A stretch of 64,000 nt of DNA from Gnetum montanum (Eukaryota > Plantae > Gnetophyta), in NCBI GenBank assembly GCA_015680685.1, contig MNCI01000900.1, positions 509,677 through 573,676 on the forward strand, given 5' to 3'. The stretch's first letter is position 1, and each line of letters starts with the position of its first letter. Shown here piece after piece: positions 40,901 through 52,880 of this stretch. A program made the translations under genes and the position numbers. The notes under the pieces are model-generated. The model searched no databases. It was not told the DNA's origin and saw nothing but the letters and a program-made list of their open reading frames with translations.

Positions 40901-42643
40901 TAAATGCTTGTGATTAAGGCATATGCATTCTGCTTAATGATAGGAATAGTAAATAATAACAAATGGATATGTTTAACTAAAGAAAGCATTAAATAATTAA
41001 AACAACAATATTAATCTAAGTGGATGCTACAATGATGGAAGTAATCTCGATCTTTATTGCCAATCATGTAACGTGTCCAAGTACATCATACTTGAACAAA
41101 GGTAACATATGATTACAAGCATCACACTATGGGCATGGACTAGGAATAACAGACTTAAAAGAGAAGAAACCGAAAATTAAAATTATCTCTCTATTTCCTA
41201 TGTTCTACATGTTGTCTCATCTGGGAGCCTAAGTGCAGTATTTATAGGCAAGATCTCGATGAGGCAACGTCAAGTATTCAACATTGCTTATTAGCTACAA
41301 CATCAAGTATGTGATATTAGGACTCTAATTTCATGTATCTGATGTTGAGGCCCATCAAATCTTAACTCATCATACCCCCACGACTAAATGAAAACTCATC
41401 CTTGAGTTAAACAAAGATGAGAAACATGTTCTTTACAAAATATTGGGCAAGTATGGGATTACTAACTAACTAAAACAATGGACAAAATAGCTAACTCTTT
41501 GCATGCCATAGTTGTGTAGTATAAAAATGGTACACATTATTACAAAACAAAACAAAAACAAGACTAGGAAGCTCATGTAGTACCTAGAGGTGGTGGCTCT
41601 TCCATTGGCTGCTTCCGTTTGTCACTAGGCTATTGAAACTTGTATCGATTGAGAAAAGCTTGCAACTTTTCTTCCTCCATCCTTAGGTCATGAACTATCC
41701 AAGCTACTGTACCAATGTGTGTTGGCATTGGTACATCCTCGACAATGGTGCCAAAGATGAGTGGCGAGGTACCCCTATGCTCAACCATATGAATCACAAG
41801 CATTCATGCATGATCCGGTCGAATTCTGTGGATGGGAATAATTGTGGCATCTAGATCATTATGTCTTGATCATAGTTTGCTATCTTCCCACTTGAACTAG
41901 TGGTATCTTTGTCACATATGGTTTAGTCCAAAGTGAGGCATATGATGTGGTTCCTAATTCTATGCTATGCTACTCCTGATAATGACAAAAAGAGATAAAT
42001 TAATTAACTAATGAATAGTGGAAACAAAGTATAAATTAGCCTAAGGTAATGGTATCTACTCTTAATCATCCATACACATCTTAAACTTCATGGAGCTACT
42101 TCTAGGATTACCAAGTGTACATCATTGGTTATGCCAAACGATACAGCTCTAGGTTACCAAGTACTTCAACTTAAACGCTTGTGATTAAGGCGTATGCATT
42201 CTGCTTAATGATAGGAATAGTAAATAACAATAAATGAAAATTTTTAACTAAATAAATCATTAAATAATTAAAACAAAAATATTAATCTATGTGGATGCTG
42301 CAATGATAGAAGTAATCTTGATCTTTATTACCAGTCATGTAACATGCTCAAGTATGTCACACTCGAACAAAGGTGTCATATGATTACAAGCATCACACTG
42401 TAGGCATGTGCAAGGAATAATAGACTTAAAAAATAAGAAACCGAAAATTAAAACTATCTCTCTATTTCATATGTCGTACATGTTGTCTCATCTAGGAGCC
42501 TAAGTGCAATATTTATAGGTGAGATCCTGATGAGGCAAAATCAAGTATCCATTGTTGCTTATTAGACCCAATGTTAGGTACGCGATGTCGGGACTCCAAC
42601 ATTGTGTATCCAACATCAGGGCCCATCATATCTCAACTCATCA
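37990..42643 (-). mobile_element. Tandem array of a non-autonomous Athila-type miniature LTR element (4 LTRs of ~860-890 bp, 3 internal segments of ~380 bp)
   Basis: LTRs at 37990-38869 (first 6 nt missing), 39252-40137, 40517-41372 and 41755-42643, with TGATGAG...CTCATCA termini. Each internal segment has PBS TGGTGCCATTGCTAGGGA-like (tRNA-Asp type) at one end and PPT GTTGTGGGGGTA at the other. Confidence 0.9.
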
Positions 42644-42649
42644 CTTGTC

Positions 42650-45600
42650 TTGTGTGTATTTTGAGTCATTGCTTTCACAAGTGAAGCTAGACTCTTTCAG
42701 AGTGCTACATTGCTTACATAGTATGAAACCATTTGATTGATGTAGAGTCTAATGTTTCCATAGTGAATAAATCCTATGCATATTTTTTGAAATTAATAGT
42801 ATATTATTTTCTAATTTGCTTACCCTTTTGATTTGGTAGGATTTTGTGTGCCTATTTTTGAGCATATAGATCTATTAATTTTGATATGTTATTTTTATGA
42901 TATTTTAGTTTGCATTTTTTTTATGTTAATGACTAATCAATTTTGATTTTCATATTCTTGTAAGTGTGTTTCTTATATTCAAGATAAATTAATTAATATG
43001 CTCTATATATACTTGTCCTAAGAGCCAAATGATGGATGGGTAAGCCTATAGATGTGATGATGATATGAAAATGTTGAACTAGTCCAATGTAGAACTTTGG
43101 CTAATGGAATGCATATATAATGCAAAATTTTCCATCTCCTTTTTCTTTTGTCATCATTGATGAACTAGGTATATATTCAACAAGGAGCTAGATCATACAC
43201 CACAATTAGAAATGTTGTTGCTACTAGATTCATGGGGGGTTTTGTGGGCCCAAACTTTAAGCTATGAGCTCTAGAAACTTGGATGTATGCTTGGCTATGG
43301 TTTAGAAAAGGGCATGTTATCAAGAAATCTCGTGATCATTGGAATGGATCTTGACTTATGGGATTAGATTATGTGTTTATGATTGCCTTGGATAACCATT
43401 CTACTTAGAGAAGGTTCATGATTTCATGAACCTATGCTTGCCACATTAAGCTAATGAGTAAGGTATCTATTTCATCAAGGTACATGGCATACTCTTTACA
43501 TGGTGACCCATCACTTTAATCATCTCCATAGAATTGATTTTTAAAAAAGTAATAATCCTCTCCTCTTTGCAAAATAACAAAATATAGATAAAAAATAAAA
43601 ACAAAGAGAAGAGAAAAAAAGAAATAGAAAAAGACAGAAAGAGAGAGAAAGGTTGAAATTGTGGAGATATGAATAACAAATATTTTCTTATACTTTTGGC
43701 CACACAAATTGGTAGCATTACCATCCTAGGCTAGAAATTAATTTTTTTTGCTCACAGCTACTAAGAATATGAGTTGTATCTATGCCTCTTAAATTGATAA
43801 TTTACCATATGGATAAAATGATTTATATATGAACACCTCATTAGATTACTTAAGAAGACTAAATAATTGTATTACTATGATCATCAATCATTATACTATC
43901 CTAGCTCGAGTGGCTTTGAAGACCTAGAATTCAATCTCAAAGGAAAGTCTAATAAAGTTAAATGGTACTTTTAATTAAGTCTTAATCCAAGAATTAAAAA
44001 ATGATCATAAGGCATCCCTATGTTCATTACCCATCCAAAGGAAATTGTGTGGATTTGAATGTTTAGCATTACTAGAGAAACTAAAGAGATGTCCCTCATA
44101 ACATTAAGTTTAGGAATTCATCCTACATACATGTAAGGAAGGAAGAAAATCAAACTAGATTCTTGGGCTTCTAGATGATTTTGCAACACTTCACTTGATT
44201 TAGCTCCATCAATGGTTAAACGGTGAAATAATCAATACTAGATGATATTAGAAGTGGTGGTGCTACATTGCATCTTTGAAGAGATACTTGGATGGCTATC
44301 CTTAATAGTTAGATAAGTAGTGGTGAATGGAACTAGCGAAAGATCCCTATGAAGCTTGATGAGTGCTCTCATGCTTCAATAAGCTAATTGAATTATTGGA
44401 TAGAACTCTATAATGTTGAATTTCCCTTTTACTCTCTAGTCCATGCAAATTCCCCATATCTTTCTTTTTATTCCATTTTTAGTCCACCATTATGTGTGTA
44501 GGAAGTTGGCCAAGGTGAAGCAAAGGATGAGAGTTGGCCATCTAAAGGATGAACCCATGTTTAATGTTGATGTCTCAATAGTTACCTGCATGTGTTTTCC
44601 TTTTTCTTTCTAACTTTCTACTAATGGAATCTTATGATTCTCCAAGTTTCAACTTTGTTGCAACATTATGAATGGTGATTAAATTGTTTATAATTTTCTT
44701 CCATGCCTTGAACAGCTTGTTTTTGTATGTTTCGGCAGCATTTCATTTTTCATTTTATTCAATTTTAATTTATTTAATTTTATTTTTCTTTATTTCTTTT
44801 TGTTTATTTTTTAATTTTATTTGAATTCTCTAAATTTTTTTCTATTTTTCTTTCTTTTATTTAATTTATTTTTTATTTTATTTTATCTTATTTTGATATA
44901 TTTTCATTTTTATTATTTTTGTTTAATTATTTTTATTTTATTTTATTTTATTTATTAATAAATGTTTTTATTTTTAAAGATTTTTAGTTTGTTTCTTTTT
45001 AAATGCACAATGTACGCTATCATACCATGTACAAGAGTGCACCAAAAGGTGCATCATCATTTTATTTTTGGTTGTTTTTAAATAAAAAATTAAAAAAATT
45101 TAAAAATAAATAATGAAATAATATTTTAAAAATAATAATAAATATAATATATATATATATATGTAATTATACTTAAATAATAATATTAGTATTANTATAA
45201 TAAATAAAAATAATCATTCACATAACTAAATGATATAAATTAAAATAATTTGTTTTTCCTCTCTCATTTCCAACTTCTCTTATTTTGGTGTGTTCCATCA
45301 TTGGTCAACATTTAAAGCTAAATCTCCTAGTATATTTAATCATTGTACCCTTGTCATTCGTGGCAATGTGTATTTTTCTTATTCAAGCTAAGTTTGTCAT
45401 ACCTTAATTGTGGGGGAGAGGCACAAAACCAGGTATGGTTTTTGAAAATATTCCTTATCACATTTTCCATACTTATGCATTGTAATATTGGCTATGATAA
45501 TGTTTTACATGTTATCCTTGGGTTTTATGTTTTTCAAAGTTCCTATTATCATTTTTTGCAATGGAGGTATAGAATCTCAAGGAGCTTACATGATTCTTTA

Positions 45601-46420
45601 ACATTTTTCTAGAGAGAATCAAGTTTCAACAATTATGGTTCATGCATTGAAGGCCACAACTACATGAACTCGATGAACCTTAGGCCTCCATGATGGAATT
45701 GACTAGAAGACAACAACCACTCAAATTACTAATAGAACCTAACCAAGTTGAACCTCCTTAATTAAGAAGATTTGGAGGTCACAAATCTTATTCCCTGAAT
45801 ACCATCACCAGCAATTAAGTCAAATGATCCACTAGCAAATCCCATTGATGCAAAGGATTATTGCAAGACCGAAGTAGGATTCTTCAAATAAGGATGAAGA
45901 GCTTAGAAGAGAAACTCCAAAGATATCTATTATACCCTTAGTACACATCAACCATGCTAGATGTTGTTTCACCACAATGACCACCTCCTAGTGCTTCCTC
46001 TTAAGGTGGCAAGTTTATGTTATGTCCTATGTCATACCTTATTATAACTCCTCTACATCAACCATAAGTTAAGCTATGGTTGATCCAATTTTTATTGTTG
46101 TAAGCTAAGGGTCTAGCTAAATTTAGTTATGGGAGAATGATGAGGGATCTAGTGGTAATTTTGTATCTCTATGCAAGCCTTGATGCATGGATTTATTTGT
46201 GTGAACTTAAACTTATAATTTGGGCTTGTTTCAAAAGTATGGCAAGGTATACTTAAACTACCTTACCTAGGAAGGTATCATAGCTTACATGGTACCTCAC
46301 CGAGTGTAGCATTGCATATGGTGCACTACTGCACTAGGTGTAGTATGACACATAATGTATTATTGCACCTAGTGAGGCACCACACTTTGCACACTACAAC
46401 ACATAGTGCGTTGTCGTAGC
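42650..46420 (+). mobile_element. Probable highly decayed hAT DNA transposon relic, with other inserted fragments
   Basis: Traces of DGW (~43031), TRF (~43222) and SSG.E.NW-like dimerisation motif (~44318). Decayed GC-rich subterminal-like repeats at ~45005-45060 and 46290-46420. Confidence 0.3.
44740..45250. repeat. Extremely AT-rich low-complexity tract including (TA)n
   Basis: Poly-T/A-rich sequence with (TA)n at ~45145-45162. Confidence 0.8.
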
Positions 46421-46534
46421 ACTTTAGTTACAAATTCAAAAACAATAAATATCAAAGAGGGAAAGCTCAAATTTACTTTTTATTTTTCAATTTTAATTAT
46501 GTAAGAGATTCTCCTCATCCCTTGGATAATTATG

Positions 46535-47699
46535 GGGCGGTGTCGGACCCCAAAAAGAAGTTTTATTGAAATTAAAGGTGCATCAATTACAACAACTTGA
46601 ATAAGTCACAGGGTTAAGGGGAAGGGAAAACTGAGAGCGTTGTGAATAAAACTCAGAAAACGCCTTATAAATAAACGATTAAGGAAGGAACCCCAAGTTG
46701 GGGCACAACCAAATGTCCACACATACTGGCTTGTTATAAAATATAATGACATAGAATTAGATGAGGCAAAGAGCTCTTAATTAAGGATAGAGAAATCCAA
46801 TGGTGACTCCACATAATGAAAAGGGAAAGCTTCATTGCAAAGATTACTGATGCTAAGTGTAACTAGAACACACAGGTCTTTCCCACAGCTGCAAGAGATG
46901 AACCAGTTGATGACTGTCTAGATGGAACTTGGATGCTTGAGATGTGAGTTGAAAATGGGTGAGGCGAAAGATCTGCAACTTCTCCAACCTGGTGAGCAAA
47001 CAATTATTAGAATAATCTATCTTTTGAAATAGAACATTGCATCTTTGCTTCCAAATATAATATAAAATAGTAGGCCTGATAACTTTCCATAGAAAATTAA
47101 GATTAGCAGAAGTAATGTTCAAGAATCCGAATATGGCATACTCTTGAGATAGCTTGTATGATGGAAAATCTTTGGAAGCCCACTGCCACACATGTTGAGC
47201 AAAGGGACAATGCCAAAATACATGGACAAAGTCATCTTGTCCACCACAAAGAGGGCAATTGGGATTGGGAATCCCCATATATTCTAGCCATTTTCCAATA
47301 GGTAGACCATGATGGAGGAGACACCAGAGGAACTGCTTAATTTTGTGGAGGGTCGGAAGTTTCCAAATATGTTGGAAGAGAGGGATCCAAAATGTTTCTA
47401 ACTCTTGTTTATGCCAATACTTATTGCAACATTGAATGACTTTAGAGGGGTCATGCATGAGATGAAAGGGGACAGATGGCCGGTAGGGCAAGAGTTTAAC
47501 CCCATTAAGCCATTAAAGGCCATGAAAAAGGCTTTGCACTGTAACATCAAGTTGCCAGTGACCGTGGAGAAAAGAGTAAATCTGAACTAGGCAATGGTTC
47601 ATTGTAGCTGACTCCCCATACAAAGTGTTAAACTCGACCCCCGAAATCCAACGACTAGCCAACCTAAGAAAATTCAAGGAAATGACACCCTTTCGATAC
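46535..47699 (-). mobile_element. 5'-truncated L1-type LINE (ORF2 C-terminal zf-RVT domain plus 3' UTR)
   Basis: Perfect 19-bp TSD CATCCCTTGGATAATTATG (46516-46534, 47700-47718). ORF 46853-47491 has WKLPTLHKIKQFLW...CPLCGG..D...HVFWHC...IWKQRCNVLF. AATAAA near the 3' end. Confidence 0.93.
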
Positions 47700-48977
47700 C
47701 ATCCCTTGGATAATTATGTCAATGCTTCACCGTGTAATGCTCTTGTAACTCGAAACCATTTAGTCAACATGAAGTCAAGTGCTTGCACAATGAATAAAGC
47801 TCATCTTGATTTCCTTAATTTTTCCAATTTTATTTTATTGAACCTTGAATATGATACTTGATTAATAATTTATTTATTAAATATAAAAATTATAATTAAA
47901 TTAATTTCTTTAAATAGATTAAAGTAGCTATATGGAGCTTTACGATGATTTTGCCTTGTCCAAGGAGGTCATACTTGTACAGAATGATGTTGGACCATCG
48001 AGGGTGTGACTAGGGAGATTTTAACACTTTCATGTATTACTGTCACACATGTTCCATAAGGGATTACGACAAAATTTATATGTGCATTAATTTCCATGTT
48101 GCACTTATCCTACAAGGGATTATAACACAAATATGTGCTTTATTTCTTTATAATGTATGAATGTTAAACCTATCTAACAAGAAATTGCAAAAGGTCGTAA
48201 TTATTGTTTTATTCTTTACATGCATAAAATACATAAAAATTATAAAAAATATTATTTTCCTACATTGAAAACATGTATTCCTTCCTTCTATCATATATAT
48301 TATAATAATTTCATTTATTAAACACAATGATACACACAAGTGAATTCTATAATTCGTGTTCTCATTATTTTCAGTATTTATAATTGGTTGGCTACACATA
48401 CCACTCATAGACCTCTTATGGTCTTGGCCAGGGAGGCCCTTATTACTCTACTAATCATTCATTCAAACTATTTTGAAGTCCTTCATTAAGCATTTTATAA
48501 GTCTCTAATGAAACCAATTCTCTACCACATTTTAAGAGTTCAACATATAATCCTTTTATATATACAAATTTTCTATAAATTAATTTTTTTAATTCCTTTA
48601 ATTTCTTCATCATATGTAAGCTAAAAAGTAATTAGGTTTATGTCGCTAGCTTTATGATTTATTTTGTGGTAAAATAGATTTTTATAATAATCTAATCTTT
48701 CTAAATAAAATTTCAATAATTGAAGAGATTTACTTTTAAAATATTTTCACAAATTTCATGGATTTTACTTTATCATTTGCATTATATATTTTTTATGTTC
48801 TTTTAGAAATTTTAATTTTTCTTCATCTTGTGAATAAGTTTCATATATTCCTTAGTTAAAGCTTCATTATTATACAAATTTTCAAGTGTTATACTTTGCA
48901 AACATTTTTCATAAAATCAATTCATCATTCTTATATGCATAGTGATGTTTTTGATACACTTCTAAGCTAGCTTTAAT

Positions 48978-49133
48978 AATGAGATGTTAGCTTAGTGGTG
49001 AAACTCTTGATTTAAAAGCTTCAAATCATAAGTTCAATTTTGGTGGACAATGATGAATTATAAAGTTCTGATTGGACTATATATCTTGGGGAGTACCTAT
49101 ATTACAATTATTTGAGGGTTCTAACACCCCACT
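48978..49133 (+). mobile_element. tRNA-derived SINE copy
   Basis: A box TAGCTTAGTGG, B box AGTTCAATT, 19-bp TSD cttctaa(g/c)ctagctttaat (48959-48977, 49134-49152). Several homologues in the window. Confidence 0.8.
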
Positions 49134-50097
49134 CTTCTAACCTAGCTTTAATTTAAAGAAAATAATTCACCAAAATTTGTAACCATTATTCATAAGGTTT
49201 GTAAATTTCTTATTCTGCCTATTGCTATAGCACCTTCTTTTAATAGAATGCTATATATAGTGGTGTAAAGACTATTAATTTAGAAAATTCAAAATATCCA
49301 TTTCAAGATGTGTAGCTTAGGCTTTAGGTCTTGTTGGTGTTCTTGCAAAAATATTCTTTGATAAGTCCACAAGAAAATATCTATGAATCACATATTTTGA
49401 TGTATTATCTATAGCTATAAATGGTCTTCAAAATGATATAACCATTAATAAATCAATGATAATGAAAGGAAGGGACATGAATCTCTAATTGAATACAAAC
49501 TTAGCATATTTACAAAGATTAGAATCGATAGGGGTATGGATAAATAATGTTAACTTAGTGATAGATTCGATAAAATACGATCAAAGAATGATAAAATCTA
49601 GGCATTATAAATATGATTAGAATAACTAGAAAATACTTAACAAATAATAAATAAGAAATCAATATATTGGAAAGAGTTTAGATTTTCCCTTCCTAGCGAA
49701 TACAAGGTCTTTAATCTAATAAACACAAGAGTTTGCCTTCTATTGAGGACCAAGAGCTACAATGGTAGGAGATACAAATTGTAAATTTAAATGGACAATT
49801 AGGACTTTGTTCATGAGCAAAAAGAGGATTTGAAGAATGGAATTTGACCTTTTATGAGTTTACAGATGAATGGAGGACTTTCCAATGTTGTTCGAAGCTG
49901 ATTTAAGGTTGAAACAAGGTTGTTTTCGAATACCATATTGTAGGTGTTGCTGGAAAATGATGTAGTAACACTAATGCTAGGGTAGGTGATGCTAACACTA
50001 TGTCAGCATGTTCGTATGTGTTGTTAGTGACTCATGTACCAAGATTGATCTCATAAACTATAAAGGATGTTGGGATGGTTAAGATGCTTACGGTTGA

Positions 50098-50417
50098 TAT
50101 TGGAACCTTGAAATAATTGTAACATAAATACACCCCAAGATATATAGTCCAATTAGAACATTATAACTCAATAATTCCTACTAGAATTGAACCCATAATA
50201 ATGAGGTATTAGCCTAGTGGTAAGACTCTTGATTTAAAAGCTCCAAGTCATAGGTTTGATTTTAGTAGGTAATGCTAAGTTATAAAGTTCTAATTGGACT
50301 ATATATCTTAAGGCATACTTATATTACAATTATTTCAAGATTCTAACACTTCTAGAATCAAATCCATGACTTGGAGATTTCAAATCAAGAGTCTTACTAT
50401 TAGGCTAATACCTCATT
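50098..50417. mobile_element. Plus-strand SINE (~50200-50351) nested inside a minus-strand copy of the same SINE family
   Basis: Minus-copy 3' half at 50098-50197 and 5' half at ~50352-50417 flank a full plus copy. Duplicated ctagaat(t/c)(g/a)aa(c/t)ccat at the junctions. Confidence 0.75.
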
Positions 50418-50689
50418 GTTTCTTCTTGAATAGTAGAGATCATCTTGATTGCAATTAAGCACCCTTTTATTTCAACCTTTGTTAAATTAGTTTATGTGTA
50501 CCTAGAAATTTTTATTTATAAGGATATCTCTATCATCTATACTATTGCTTACTTATACTTTGCATAAGTCATTAACCTCAATTGCTTTGTTGGTGTCATC
50601 ATTTTGAAATGATTTTGCTTCTGTGGATTTGATGTTTGATATTTCTCCAATCGATCTGATTTTTTTCTCTACAATTTTTCTCCAATGAT

Positions 50690-51280
50690 TTTGATTTCTC
50701 TAGAATTCTCCTATGAGGGATTTTAAATTACTTCCAACTTCTTCAATTGATGTTGATAATTCAGTTGTTTTTATTGATGCAAAAATTTATATTGATTCTC
50801 AAAATGCAAATTTACAAACTCATGAGAAAAGTTTTGTGATATCTTCTTCTAGTGAGGTTATTGTAACTAAGATACCTAAAAATAATGAAGTGTTAGCCTA
50901 GTGGTAAGACACTTGAATTGAAAATTCAAAATTAATGTGGACTATACATCTTGGGGTGCACCTATGTTTCAATTATTTCAAGTTCCAACACTTCCCTCTA
51001 ACTAAGACACCTAAATTTGTTTTGCTTGATTATGTATATGAGTTGCTAGTTGCTAATCTTATGACATGAATACATGTTCATTCAAATGTTAGGTTACTTG
51101 CTTAGTGCTTGAAGTTTTGCTTCCTAGTTAAATGATGTGATTGAAAAAAAATAATATTTAGTCATTCATGCTAGGTATTATTCTTGTTTTTTTCTACTTA
51201 TTGAGATATGCAATGCTTCAAGGGTGTAGCATGCTCTAGATATAAGGTCATTTATACATAACCATGCAATGTTGATTATT
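50690..51280. repeat. Dispersed repeat, direct paralog of ~58840-59250 (probably decayed retroelement sequence)
   Basis: Shared blocks such as tttaaattact(t/c)ccaacttcttcaa(t/c)tgatg and gattctcaaaatgca. Confidence 0.7.
50881..50998 (+). mobile_element. Internally deleted tRNA-derived SINE copy
   Basis: TSD taactaaga(t/c)acctaaa (50864-50880, 50999-51015). The empty site is visible in the paralogous repeat at ~58989. Confidence 0.8.
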
Positions 51281-52844
51281 TGTAAGTAGACTCAAAATTT
51301 TGATGTCAAATCTAAAACACATTTTAAGGTTCCAATGTTTTGCTAAGTTATTTAATATGCTATTGATTTTTCAAAAAGTTAAATAAGAAATTGTTAGTCT
51401 TCTTGGTCTTATTAAATATATAGAATCTGTTACTATATCATTTGGTTCTTGTAGATGGTTTTTTTTGTTTTTTTGTTTTTGCTATCCTACCTCAATTGAC
51501 TTTCAGATTGTTGCATGGGAACTTGAAAGCGCAAAATCATGGTGCGCATGCAAAACATTTGAAAAGTCGACGCTTTGGGATTTTTCTCCTGGCAAGCATT
51601 ACTTCATTCTGTAATGATTCTTTCTTGTACAAGCCTTTAATAAAGGAGCCTGGTTTCGAGTTAATCAGACAGCTTGGATAGAGTTTCGTCATTAAAATTC
51701 AAATATCTAACTCAGTGTTCAACTTTATGAACAGTTCGCTGATCTTTTCTGTTTCACAGTCACAGAGGGCCCCCACCTGCAGAGTAAACTCGATCTGAAT
51801 GATGTGTTTCAAAATTTGTTCGTGCTACTTCTTCTGGGTTTCAGGGCACACTCTGATTCTTTACGCAAATATCAGGAATTTAAATTCATGATAAGCAATA
51901 CAAGAACGACAAGCATGAGCCAACAGTGCCGGAAATTCATCCTACTGTTGGATCCCTCATGTTGCAGATTCGCATATGGCAGTCTCGCACCCTGACAGGG
52001 ACCCTCCATGAACTTAGTTTTTGGTAATGTGACGGCAAATACCAGGCATCATCACAACACAAAACAAGGCGAAATGATTGCTCGATTATTGGGCTGCAGC
52101 AGCAAATAATCACGCAAAAACTTGCAAAGATAATGACGCTTTTTTTCCCTTCTTTTTCAAAATTTTGAGCTTTGTTTTGCTCTTGAACAATGATGCAGAA
52201 TTCAGAGTTGCAAAGGGGTACGGTTTCGTTACCGTAATTGGAATTGCAGAAGCACCGGATATTCGGACGGAAAGAAACCCACCCACAACATAAAGTGCAT
52301 CCAGTGATTCAGCATACATCCAAAGATAAGGAACAAAGTAACAGAGCTGGAGTTGGACTGCATGACAGATCGACAGGCAGGCAGGTTTTGGTACAGAGCA
52401 ATTCCAGTAATATCCAAGGACCAATGCTTGTTCTGTTTGTGTTGTATCCATCTTTCATCTTTGATGGTTTCTGCATTTGGGAGTAGTTTTGTTGGCATGG
52501 TTTTCAGGTCTGAATCAGGTCGGCGTTTTGGGCAGCATCATATCCCACCTATATTCTCATGTCGCTATCCGTGACTAAAGTTGATAGCAAGAATCACATT
52601 CCATCCTTGCAATTCTGGAGCTGTCGTTGCCAATTGCAGGCAGGAAGTTGACATGACAGATTTTTAGCAGCACAAACAGTGTTTTTGCGGTTAAGTTTCA
52701 GTCTTGGATCCGTGGCTGGTATTGTGCTGCTCGTGGAAAAACTAGTGAGTGCAGTAGTCATGAAGAAGCAGCAGCAGCTTCCCAAATTGAATCAGATTTT
52801 TGAAAAGGCTCTCTGGCTGCAATATGGGCACTGTGCGGGCGGGC

Positions 52845-52880
52845 GAGCAGGCAGGCAGGCAGGCAGGCAGGCACAGGCAG
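52845..52880. repeat. (GCAG)n microsatellite
   Basis: gcaggcaggcaggcaggcaggcaggc. Confidence 0.85.

Noticed and set aside
48978-49055. Functional tRNA genes (also ~50200, ~58565, ~59580)
   Set aside because: Broken stems, a shared non-tRNA 3' body and TSDs indicate SINE heads.
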